A stretch of 64,000 nucleotides of DNA from Chloroflexota bacterium (GTDB taxonomy: Bacteria; Chloroflexota; UBA11872; VXOZ01): positions 512,001-576,000 of the forward strand of contig CAXXVD010000002.1 of NCBI GenBank assembly GCA_963662335.2. The letters are read 5' to 3'. A model generated the notes under the pieces. That model was given only the letters and a program-made list of their open reading frames with translations. It was not told the origin of the DNA and made no database searches. Numbering within the stretch: position 1 is the first letter of the stretch; each line of letters opens with the position of its first letter. Shown here in pieces: positions 18,646-27,336 of this stretch. The translations under genes and the position numbers were made by a program.

Positions 18646-19176
18646 ATGAACGGCATAAACAAGCGCGTGCTGGTGCTCAACCTCGACTACCGGCCGCTGA
18701 ACATCTGCAACGTGCGGCGGGCGTTCGTGCTCCTGCTCAACGGCAAGGCGGAGATGGTGGAGCAGTACGCCGACGACCTGGTGTCCGCCGAAACGCGGCA
18801 CTCGCGCCCCTCGGTAATCAAGCTGCACTACCTGGTGAAACGGCCGCCCGGCGGGCCGCGCCTGGTGCGCCAGGAGGTCTTCCGGCGCGACGGCCATACC
18901 TGCCAGTACTGCGGCGTGCGGACGCGGGAACTGACGCTGGACCACGTGCTGCCCCGCCACCGCGGCGGTGGCCATACGTGGGAGAACCTGGTCTCCGCCT
19001 GCAAGGACTGCAACCACCGCAAGGGCGGCCGCACCGCGGAAGAAGCCCGTATGCGACTGCGCGCCAGCCCCGGCAAGCCCCGCCTGAACGGCTACCTGGC
19101 CCACCTCCGCCAAGTGCCCATAAGACCCCACGAGACGTGGGTGCCGTTTCTCTATCCTGCCGGCAAGCCGAGTTAG
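18646..19176 (+). CDS. HNH endonuclease (stand-alone, HNH_5/McrA-like)
   Basis: VLVLNLDYRPL, RRDGHTCQYCG, TLDHVLPR and WENLVSACKDCNHRKG. Confidence 0.9.
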   Translation: MNGINKRVLVLNLDYRPLNICNVRRAFVLLLNGKAEMVEQYADDLVSAETRHSRPSVIKLHYLVKRPPGGPRLVRQEVFRRDGHTCQYCGVRTRELTLDHVLPRHRGGGHTWENLVSACKDCNHRKGGRTAEEARMRLRASPGKPRLNGYLAHLRQVPIRPHETWVPFLYPAGKPS

Positions 19177-19482
19177 TATGTTAGGCTTCTGTCTTGCCGC
19201 CAAAATGGAGACAAGAATTCCGCCGTCAGTCTGTCATGTCCTGTTTGACATGTCATTCCGAGCGCAGCGAGGAATCTAGAGTCCATACCGCATGGGCCCA
19301 ATGGAGAAAACACCCTAGATTCCTCACTTCGCTGCGCTTCGCTCGGAATGACAACAGACGACCCTTGCACTTACTGTTCTGGGACGTAGCACACGGAACT
19401 CCCGGCGTTGTAGATGGGCAGGCAGCCGCGCGACTGTAACCGGTGTGTCTGAAGATTCCCCCAGAAAATCCCCTGCCAGCCC

Positions 19483-19548
19483 TTGACAAAGTTCACCGAC
19501 TACTCTTTAATGAGATGCGTTCTCATTAGTATATGAGAATGGTTCTGA
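19483..19548 (+). promoter_or_regulatory. Sigma70 promoter with two overlapping or adjacent Fur-like boxes
   Basis: TTGACA(19483)-N17-TTTAAT. Palindrome AATGAGATGCGTTCTCATT at 19509-19527 and TGAGAATGGTTCTGA at 19534-19548. Confidence 0.7.
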
Positions 19549-19582
19549 GTAGTGATAAACTTAAGCAGGAGGCTTGGTGCAG

Positions 19583-20590
19583 ATGACTCGAATTCGACCC
19601 ATGACTCGACGAACCGTATTGGTTGCCGGTCTGGCCGGCGTGGGCGGTGCTTTGCTCGCTGCCTGCGGTACCGTGGCGGTGCAGCCGGCGGAGGCCCAGC
19701 CGGAGCCGGCGGCGGAAGCAGCCTACGCGCCGGTAACCATTGAGAACTGCGGCGTTACCATTACGTACGACCAGCCGCCGCAGCGCGCCGTGTCGATGGC
19801 GCAGCACGCTACCGAAGTGATGTTGACCTTGGGGCTGCAAGACCACATGGTCGGCACGGCCTACCTTGAAGATCCGATTCTGCCCGATGTCGCCGAGGCG
19901 TACGCAACGATTCCCGTGCTCTCGGACACGTATCCGTCCCGCGAGGTGTTCCTGGCAGCGGAGCCTGACTTCGTCTACGGCGGTTGGGTGAGCGCCTTCC
20001 GCGACGAGGTGGCCGGCTCGCGCGAGAGCCTAATGGAACTGAACATAGGCTCGTATCTTGCCCATGCGAACTGCCTGGAAGCGAAGGCCACCGTCGAGGA
20101 TGTCTTTGCCGACTTCCTCAACATCGGCAAGATCTTCGGTATTTCGGACCGGGCGGAAGCGTACGTGGCCGAGAAGCGAGAGCGCCTGGCGGAAATCAAC
20201 GCAAAGACCCAGCCGGCGGACCCGAAGGTCAAGGTCTTCGTCTTCGACAGTGGCGACGAAGCCCCGTATACGGCGGCGGGCACGGGTATCGTGAACGCGC
20301 TGCTGGAAGCGGCCGGCGGCGTCAACATCTTCGCGGACGTGGAAGGCGGCTTTGCCACGGTGAACTGGGAAACCGTCATCGAGCGCGACCCGGACGTGAT
20401 CGTGCTGCACCATGCCACGTGGTCCACGGCGGAAGAGAAGATTGAGTACTTGAAAGACACCGAGGTACTCGCGGCGCTAAGGGCTGTGCAGGAAGAGCGC
20501 TTTGTCATCGTGCCCTTCACGGCCACGCAGCCGGGTCCCCGCAGCATCGACGTCATCGAGACACTGTTCCAGGGCTTCTATCCTGAGTAG
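19583..20590 (+). CDS. Iron-chelate/cobalamin-type ABC solute-binding lipoprotein 1
   Basis: TRR signal, LAAC lipobox, PVTIENCG..PQRAV and VNWETVIERDPDVIV (class III SBP). Confidence 0.9.
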   Translation: MTRIRPMTRRTVLVAGLAGVGGALLAACGTVAVQPAEAQPEPAAEAAYAPVTIENCGVTITYDQPPQRAVSMAQHATEVMLTLGLQDHMVGTAYLEDPILPDVAEAYATIPVLSDTYPSREVFLAAEPDFVYGGWVSAFRDEVAGSRESLMELNIGSYLAHANCLEAKATVEDVFADFLNIGKIFGISDRAEAYVAEKRERLAEINAKTQPADPKVKVFVFDSGDEAPYTAAGTGIVNALLEAAGGVNIFADVEGGFATVNWETVIERDPDVIVLHHATWSTAEEKIEYLKDTEVLAALRAVQEERFVIVPFTATQPGPRSIDVIETLFQGFYPE

Positions 20591-20614
20591 CCAAGTAGCC
20601 GACAGGCGCAGCAC

Positions 20615-21727
20615 ATGGGGGCAGCAGTAGAACGAGCGACCCAGGACCAAAGCGAAACGCGCCCGGCGCCGCTTCGTTCCAAGCGCCGGGACGCGCGCTT
20701 TCCTTTGATTCTGCTCGCTCTGGCGGCGGCCTTAATGTTGACGCTGACACTGGCCGTCACCATTGGGCCGGTGGCGATCGCGCCTCTATCGGTGTGGCAG
20801 ATTGCCTTTTCGCGCCTGACCGGCCTTGCCGCGGGCGAGTGGTCTGCCGCCCACGAGAACATCGTGTGGCTGATCCGCTTGCCGCGCGTCCTCTTGGCGG
20901 CCCTCGTTGGCGCGGGGCTTGCCGTAGTCGGCGTCGCCATGCAGGCTGCCGTGCGCAATCCCCTGGCGGACCCCTACATTCTGGGGATTTCGTCCGGGGC
21001 GTCGCTGGCCGCGGTGCTGGTGATTCTGCTGGGCGTCTTCACGTTCTTTGGCATCTATTCACTCTCGGTAGCGGCGTTCCTGGGCTCGGTGATGGCCTTT
21101 GTCATCGTGCTTGTGCTCGCGCAGAACCGGGGCACGCTCTCACCGGTGCGGCTGATCTTGGTTGGCGTGGCGCTATCGTACGTGCTTTCGGCGGGCACGA
21201 GTTTCATCATCTTTCGCGCCGACGACGCCGAGGGGATCCGGTCGGTTCTCTTCTGGCTCATGGGGAGCGTGGCGGGCGCCAAGTGGAGCTACCTCACCAT
21301 ACCCTCGGTTGCGGTGCTGATAGGAACGACGTATCTGGTCTTGCAGGCGCGGCCGCTCAACGCCTTGATTGCCGGGGAGGAAACGGCTATCAGCCTCGGC
21401 GTGAACACAAATAGGTTTCGCCGCGTGCTGATGGTGGTGGCGGCCATGATCACCGGCGTGATGGTCGCTCTGGCCGGCGCCGTCGGCTTTGTGGGCCTGA
21501 TGATGCCCCACACGGTCCGGCTCTTCGTTGGGTCAGACCACCGCCGGGTTTTGCCGGTCAGCCTGCTCGCAGGCGCGATCTTCCTCGTGTGGGTGGACGT
21601 GCTCGCGCGCACGATTGTGCAACCTGAGGAGATGCCCCTGGGGGTGATTACGGGATTTATCGGCGGCCCGTTCTTCATCTGGTTGATGCGCCACCGGCGG
21701 GACGCACTGGGAGGAGGCCGTTCATGA
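20615..21727 (+). CDS. FecCD/BtuC-family ABC permease
   Basis: IRLPRVLLA, RNPLADPYILGISSGA, GEETAISLGV and GFVGLMMPH. Confidence 0.93.
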   Translation: MGAAVERATQDQSETRPAPLRSKRRDARFPLILLALAAALMLTLTLAVTIGPVAIAPLSVWQIAFSRLTGLAAGEWSAAHENIVWLIRLPRVLLAALVGAGLAVVGVAMQAAVRNPLADPYILGISSGASLAAVLVILLGVFTFFGIYSLSVAAFLGSVMAFVIVLVLAQNRGTLSPVRLILVGVALSYVLSAGTSFIIFRADDAEGIRSVLFWLMGSVAGAKWSYLTIPSVAVLIGTTYLVLQARPLNALIAGEETAISLGVNTNRFRRVLMVVAAMITGVMVALAGAVGFVGLMMPHTVRLFVGSDHRRVLPVSLLAGAIFLVWVDVLARTIVQPEEMPLGVITGFIGGPFFIWLMRHRRDALGGGRS

Positions 21728-22557
21728 CGTTGCACGTTGAAAACGTAACCTGGCGCGTGGAGGAGCAGACAATCCTGCGGGACGTGGCAGTGGACGTGGC
21801 AGCGGGAGAGCTTGTGGGAGTGCTGGGACCCAACGGCAGCGGCAAGTCCAGCCTGCTGCGGTGCATTTACCGCGCGCTAAAGCCCAATGCGGGATACATT
21901 GCCCTGGACGGCGACAACGTGTGGGACCTCGATCCGCGAGAGGCCGCGCGGCGCACGGCTACCGTCCTGCAGGAGACGCCCGGCGAATTTGAATTTGTGG
22001 TCTGGGAAATGGTGCTGATGGGCCGCACGCCGCATAAGAGCATGTTCGCGCGCGAAAACGCGGAGGACCACAACCTGGTGGAGAGCGCCCTGGCGCAAGT
22101 CGGTATGCTCTCTTTCGCGGACCGCTCCTTCGTGACGCTATCCGGCGGCGAAAAGCAGCGAGTCCTGATTGCCCGCGCTTTGGCGCAACAAGCGCGTTTT
22201 CTTATCCTCGACGAACCGACCAATCACCTGGACGTGCGCTACCAACTGGAAATTCTCGATCTCGTGCGCGGATTGCGGGTGACGACCTTTACCGCACTTC
22301 ATGATCTCAACCTGGCCGCAACGTACTGCGACCGCCTCTACATCATGTCGGAGGGAGAGATTGTGGCGGCAGGAACGCCGGAGGACGTATTTCAGCCGGC
22401 GCTGTTGCGCAAGGTCTTCGGCGTAGAGGCCGAGGTGCAAGTCCATCCCCGCACCGGCAAACTCCACATTGTCTTCCTGCCCGCGCACGCCGCCGCGCCG
22501 ATGGCGACGGCGTCCAATGAGACGCTGGCTGCGGCTGTGCTGGTTGGTGAGAGCTAA
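21724..22557 (+). CDS. Iron-chelate ABC transporter ATPase
   Basis: GPNGSGKS, LSGGEKQR, LDEPTNHLD and LHDLNLA. Confidence 0.94.
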   Translation: MTLHVENVTWRVEEQTILRDVAVDVAAGELVGVLGPNGSGKSSLLRCIYRALKPNAGYIALDGDNVWDLDPREAARRTATVLQETPGEFEFVVWEMVLMGRTPHKSMFARENAEDHNLVESALAQVGMLSFADRSFVTLSGGEKQRVLIARALAQQARFLILDEPTNHLDVRYQLEILDLVRGLRVTTFTALHDLNLAATYCDRLYIMSEGEIVAAGTPEDVFQPALLRKVFGVEAEVQVHPRTGKLHIVFLPAHAAAPMATASNETLAAAVLVGES

Positions 22558-22589
22558 AACGCCAGCACACACAGTGAAGGTGTTCCGCC

Positions 22590-23429
22590 ATGTCAGAGCC
22601 CCAGAGTGAGCAAGGGACGGACGATACGTCCCCGAGGGCCGCAGCAGAAACCAACGGCACGCCGTTTGATACGGTTGTAATCGTGGGTCGCGGCGGCTAT
22701 GGCGCCGCGCCGCGTGAAGAACTGGAGCGGGTTGTTGCTACGGTAGCGGGTTCCGGATGCTATCGGGATGTGCGCTACGCATTCATGGAGCAGGGCAAGC
22801 CGGCCTTGCCCGCGATGCTGGCAGAGTGCATGGCCGCGGGCGCGCGCCGCCTGCTGATTGTGCCCGCCCTTGTGCCAATGGATGGCACGCTGCGTTGGTG
22901 GCTGCCGCTCGCAATCCGTGACTGGGTGCGGGAGAACGTCGCGGATGGCACGATGGAAGTTGCGCTGGCGCCGCCGCTCGGCGACAGCGAACACTTGGCA
23001 GACGCGGTGAGCGCTGCGGTCGCGGACGCGGGCGGCTGCATGGAAGTCCGTGAGAATCCGAACATTTCGGACCGAAAACGCTCCTGGAACCTCATACCTG
23101 GACATCGCCATCAGGTGTTTCTCTGCCACGGGCCCCGCTGCACGTTGGCGAACGCCCCGGAGACGTGGGCGTATTTCCAGGAGAAGCTCAGAGAGAATAA
23201 ACTGCGGGGCAAGCGGGGCGTGATGACCGTGCGCACCGGTTGTCTGTATCCGTGCGACTTGGGGCCAGTCATGGTGGTGCACCCGGACGGCACCTGGTAC
23301 GGCGGCGTGGACGAAGCCGCCGTGGACCGCATTGTGGCCGAGCACCTCGTGGACGGAGAAGCAGTGCCGGAATATGCGTGCGTTCCCGGCGCGCCGGCTC
23401 GAAGCCGGCCGGGCTCTGAGGGCAGCTAG
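22590..23429 (+). CDS. Fusion of a CbiX/SirB-like domain and a thioredoxin-like [2Fe-2S] ferredoxin
   Basis: N-half has VIVGRGG..YAFMEQGKP..LLIVP..APPLG. C-half has LCHGPRC..TGCLYPCDLGPVMVVHPDGTWYG..IVAEHL. Confidence 0.75.
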   Translation: MSEPQSEQGTDDTSPRAAAETNGTPFDTVVIVGRGGYGAAPREELERVVATVAGSGCYRDVRYAFMEQGKPALPAMLAECMAAGARRLLIVPALVPMDGTLRWWLPLAIRDWVRENVADGTMEVALAPPLGDSEHLADAVSAAVADAGGCMEVRENPNISDRKRSWNLIPGHRHQVFLCHGPRCTLANAPETWAYFQEKLRENKLRGKRGVMTVRTGCLYPCDLGPVMVVHPDGTWYGGVDEAAVDRIVAEHLVDGEAVPEYACVPGAPARSRPGSEGS

Positions 23430-23769
23430 TTTTCCCACCGGTCTCGTGTGTGGGCCGCGCGCCGTGAGGTTAGACGTCTCCGTTCTTGGCGGTGGTTGAG
23501 GCAAACCACCGGTCTACGCTTCGGCTCTATCACTAGAGGGACGCCTTGTTCTCCAGGGAACGGGGCGTTTTTTGCATCCGGGATCGGTTGCTGCTTACGC
23601 ATGGGTGGCGGCGCCTTGCGCTGGGGATGTGTCACAGGAACACCGAAGGTTGCGGCCCACTGACGCCAGCCGCCCAAGGCGCCGTCGTGGCGGCCACCTG
23701 CCTCCAGGACGCATAGCCGCTGCAACTTTCGGCAAGAACCGGACAACTCAATTTGACTCCGCCTGCCCC

Positions 23770-23820
23770 TTGACAAAGCTATTGCAAACTGTTTTACTTT
23801 AAATGAAACGCATTCTCAAG
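23770..23820 (+). promoter_or_regulatory. Promoter (-35 TTGACA) with Fur-like box
   Basis: TTGACA at 23770, AT-rich -10 region, and TGAAACGCATTCTCA at 23804-23818. Confidence 0.55.
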
Positions 23821-23875
23821 AAGGTTGAGATTGTGAGTGAGAGGTAAACGTGCAATTGCGGAAAGGACTTTGGAA

Positions 23876-24898
23876 GTGACCAATTCTCGTCGCATGACCC
23901 GACGCGGCCTTCTTGCCATCGGTGTGGCAGGCGCGGGCAGTCTCCTGCTAGCAGGCTGTGGCACGGTAGCTGCCCCGCAACCGGCGGCGGAGCCGGCAGA
24001 GCCGGCGCCAGAGGCCGAGACCGCTTACACGCCCGTAACCATCGAGAACTGCGGCTTTACCATTACGTACGACCAGCCGCCGCAGCGCGCCATTACGCTC
24101 TCTCAGGAAGCGACGGAACTGATGCTGGCGTTGGGTCTGCAAGACAGCATGGTTGGCACATCGTATCTCAGAGACTGGGTGCACCCTGATTTCCAGGCGG
24201 CCTACGACCAGATTCCGGTACTTGCCGAGAAATATCCTTCACATGAGGTCACTCTGGGAACGGAGACCGACTTCGTTTACGCTGCCTTTGTAAGCGCCTG
24301 GAATCGTGAAGATGTGGCAGGGCCGCGCGATGCGCTCTTGAAGCTTGGCATCGCGTCGTACCAGTCGGCCGCCAATTGTAAAGAGGGCAAGGTGACCGTT
24401 GAGGATGTATTCGAGGACTTCCTGAAGATCGGGCAGATCTTTGGCGTGTCGGAGCGTGCCGAAGCGTACGTTGAAGAGCAGCGGGCGCGCTTGGCGGAAA
24501 TCCGCGCCAAGGCGGGACCGCGCGACCCGAAGGTCTCGGTCTTCATCTATGACGGTGGCACTGATTCGCCATACGCCGCGGTTGGCACGGGCATGGGGAA
24601 TGCGTTGGTCGAAGAGGCGGGCGGGGTCAACATCTTTGCTGACGTCGAAGGCCTCTACGCGACAGTGAACTGGGAGACCGTGGTCGAACGGGACCCCGAC
24701 GTCATCGTGCTGTTCGATATGCCTGGATGGTCTACGGCTGCAGAGAAGATTGAGTACTTGGAAAGCACCGAGGCGCTTCACTCAATCAAGGCCGTGCAAA
24801 ACAAGCGCTACGTGGAAGTGCGCTTCACGGTCGCGAACCCGGGCATTTACACCATTGACACCATTGAATTGCTCGTGAATGCTTTCTATCCCGAGTAA
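23876..24898 (+). CDS. Iron-chelate-type ABC solute-binding lipoprotein 2
   Basis: Paralogue of 19583-20590. TRRGLL signal and LAGC lipobox. GTG start after AAGGA. Confidence 0.9.
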   Translation: MTNSRRMTRRGLLAIGVAGAGSLLLAGCGTVAAPQPAAEPAEPAPEAETAYTPVTIENCGFTITYDQPPQRAITLSQEATELMLALGLQDSMVGTSYLRDWVHPDFQAAYDQIPVLAEKYPSHEVTLGTETDFVYAAFVSAWNREDVAGPRDALLKLGIASYQSAANCKEGKVTVEDVFEDFLKIGQIFGVSERAEAYVEEQRARLAEIRAKAGPRDPKVSVFIYDGGTDSPYAAVGTGMGNALVEEAGGVNIFADVEGLYATVNWETVVERDPDVIVLFDMPGWSTAAEKIEYLESTEALHSIKAVQNKRYVEVRFTVANPGIYTIDTIELLVNAFYPE

Positions 24899-24970
24899 TT
24901 GATACGCATTCCAAACTTGCTGTGAATGCGTGGTAGTAGCTTTCGCGTAATTGCGGAAAGGACATTGAAC

Positions 24971-25993
24971 GTGATCAATGCTCAGCGTATGACCCGACGC
25001 GGCCTTCTTGCCATCGGTGTGGCAGGCGCGGGCAGTCTCCTGCTAGCAGGCTGTGGCACGGTAGCCGCCCCGCAACCGGCGGCGGAGCCGGCAGAGCCGG
25101 CGCCAGAGGCCGAGACCGCTTACACGCCCGTAACCATCGAGAACTGCGGCTTTACCATTACGTACGACCAGCCGCCGCAGCGCGCCATCAGTCTCTCCCA
25201 GCAATCGACGGAACTGATGCTGGCGTTGGGTCTGCAAGACAGCATGGTGGGCACGGCGTTTCTCAGAGACTCGGTTCCCTCTGATCTCCAGGCAGCCTAC
25301 GAGCGGATTCCGGTACTTGCCGAAAAGTATCCTTCACATGAGGTTATTTTGGGAGCGGAGCCCGACTTCATCTACGCTGCTTTCGTAAGCGCCTGGAATC
25401 GCGAAGACGTGGCAGGGCCGCGCGATGCGCTCATGGAACTCGGCATTGCGTCGTACCAGACGGCCTCCAACTGCAAAGAGGGCAAGGTGGTCGTTGAGGA
25501 CGTTTTCGAGGACTTCCTGAACATCGGAAAGATCTTTGGGATAGCGGAGCGTGCCGAAGCGTACGTCGAGGGGCTGCGGGCGCGCTTGGCGGAAATCCGC
25601 GCCAAGACGGCGCCCGCCGACCCCAAAGTTTCGGTTTTCATCTATGACAGTGGGGGTGATACGCCGTACGCCGCCGTTGGATCGGGCATTCTGAATGCAT
25701 TGGTCGAAGAGGCCGGCGGGGTCAACATCTTCGCTGACGTCGAAGGACTCTTTGGGACAGTGAACTGGGAGACCGTGGTCGAGCGGGACCCCGACGTCAT
25801 CGTGCTGCTCGATGCCCCAGGGTGGTCTACGGCTGCGGAGAAGAGAGAGTACCTGGAGAGCACTGAAGCGCTTGCTTCCATCAAGGCAGTGCGGAATAAG
25901 CACTTCGTGGAGGTGCTCTTCACGGCCACGCAGGCGGGCATACGCACCGTAGACGCCATTGAAACGCTGGCGAACGGTTTCTATCCCGAATAG
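24971..25993 (+). CDS. Iron-chelate-type ABC solute-binding lipoprotein 3
   Basis: Close tandem paralogue of SBP2 with the same signal and motifs. Confidence 0.9.
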   Translation: MINAQRMTRRGLLAIGVAGAGSLLLAGCGTVAAPQPAAEPAEPAPEAETAYTPVTIENCGFTITYDQPPQRAISLSQQSTELMLALGLQDSMVGTAFLRDSVPSDLQAAYERIPVLAEKYPSHEVILGAEPDFIYAAFVSAWNREDVAGPRDALMELGIASYQTASNCKEGKVVVEDVFEDFLNIGKIFGIAERAEAYVEGLRARLAEIRAKTAPADPKVSVFIYDSGGDTPYAAVGSGILNALVEEAGGVNIFADVEGLFGTVNWETVVERDPDVIVLLDAPGWSTAAEKREYLESTEALASIKAVRNKHFVEVLFTATQAGIRTVDAIETLANGFYPE

Positions 25994-26046
25994 ACGTAGG
26001 AGAGGGTGTTTGCCCGCCCGGACAGCGACGGGGATTCAAGATTGAA

Positions 26047-26096
26047 GCGCGAACCGGCGCTTGGCAAGTTCCAAGCGCCGGTTCGCGCCACTTTTT
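26047..26096 (+). terminator. Intrinsic terminator between convergent genes
   Basis: GCGCGAACCGGCGCTTGG-loop-CCAAGCGCCGGTTCGCGC followed by CACTTTTT. Confidence 0.75.
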
Positions 26097-26124
26097 CCAC
26101 TCCCCACGGCCGCGGCGCATCCCT

Positions 26125-26940
26125 TCAGCGTGTTGGTTTACGGCAGCGGAGGTGGAGGAAGCAGGCGACGGCACGGGTGGCGGCGAGTTTGGGGTGGATG
26201 GCGATGGATTCGTCGCTGGCGTACGGTTCGGCGGATGCTTCTAGCGCCAGGCCGGCGGCGGTGAGCATGTTCAGCCAGTCGCTCAGGGTATGGAAGAAGC
26301 GGGGGATGCGAAACTTGGGAAAGCGCGCTTTCAGTTTGTCGGGCGCGGAGCCGAAAATCCACTCTTCGATCGTGCCCTGCTCCGAGGCAAAGTAGTCGCC
26401 GCACTCCATGGCCACCCGCCGGCCGCTCTCGTCCAGCACCCACTTGAAGCGCGGCGTCAGGAAGCACGGGTGGAGGATCGAGAACTGGAAGAAGCCGCCG
26501 GGCTTGAGGACCCGCGTCACTTCCTGGAGCGCGGCCGCCTGGTCGGGAATGTCCATCAGGCTCATAGTGGCCATGGCGAAGTCGAAACCGGCGTCGGCGA
26601 ACGGCAGGGCGACCCCGCTGGCCTGGAGGTATGCAATGCCCAGCGGCTCGGCACTTTCGGCTTGTTGGGCGTAGCGCACGAAGCGGCCGGCAATGTCCAG
26701 GGCGGTGAGGCGCGCGCCGCGTTGCGCGACCAGGCGGGTGTTGTGGCCTTCGCCGCAACCCACGTCCAGCCCGCGCAGTCCGGCCACGTCGGGCAGCATT
26801 GCCAGGAAGGCGGGCGTGTTGATGTGGTCGCGGTACTTGTCGTAGCCCAGGCGGGTGAGGGTGGTCCAGGCCTCGGCGTTTGCGTCCCAGAGTTCGCCGA
26901 CCGCGCGGTGGTCAGTGACTCTTTCGTCGTCCTTTCCCAT
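26125..26940 (-). CDS. Class I SAM-dependent methyltransferase
   Basis: LDVGCGEG, LPFADAGFD and RVLKPGG. Confidence 0.88.
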   Translation of the reverse strand: MGKDDERVTDHRAVGELWDANAEAWTTLTRLGYDKYRDHINTPAFLAMLPDVAGLRGLDVGCGEGHNTRLVAQRGARLTALDIAGRFVRYAQQAESAEPLGIAYLQASGVALPFADAGFDFAMATMSLMDIPDQAAALQEVTRVLKPGGFFQFSILHPCFLTPRFKWVLDESGRRVAMECGDYFASEQGTIEEWIFGSAPDKLKARFPKFRIPRFFHTLSDWLNMLTAAGLALEASAEPYASDESIAIHPKLAATRAVACFLHLRCRKPTR

Positions 26941-27205
26941 GCGTGTTCCTCTTCATGCGGGTCTACGATTAGGGTGATTCAGGAGAGGGACAAGAGCAAA
27001 TGCTAGCGCATGAGCCGCCGGGCTGTAAACTGAGACGGCCGCGCACGATCTGGGGGCCTAAGTCTCTAGCGCAACGGTGTAGGGGCACGACATGTCGTGC
27101 CCCTACACCTGTTGGCGAGTCCCATGAAGGCGCTTTTGCGGCGCCCTGCCACGTCGCTGTAACCGCAATGGGGACAAGCCCCCGGGATACGGCGCCGGCG
27201 GGGGA

Positions 27206-27334
27206 CAAGCCCCCGCGCTACGCTGATTCGACACAAGCCCCTGCGCTACGCTGACTCGACGCAAGCCCCCGCGCTACGCTGACTCGACGCAAGCCCCCGC
27301 GCTACGCTGATTTGACACAAGCCCCCGCGCTACG
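27206..27334. repeat. Tandem repeat of about 4.6 x 28 bp derived from a REP-A half (CAAGCCCCCGCGCTACGCTGAYTYGACR)
   Basis: Units start at 27206, 27234, 27262, 27290 and 27318. Confidence 0.9.
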
Positions 27335-27336
27335 GG

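Noticed and set aside
18646-19176. HNH as part of a defence system or Cas9/IscB-like effector
   Set aside because: Short stand-alone HNH of a widespread type, with no RuvC, methylase, ATPase partner or array.
19354-19580. Cobalamin riboswitch before the BtuC/FecCD-type transporter
   Set aside because: No B12-box recognised, the leader is short, and Fur-like boxes are present instead.
27206-27334. Possible CRISPR or mini-array
   Set aside because: The 28-bp units are nearly identical with no unique spacers. It is a simple tandem repeat.
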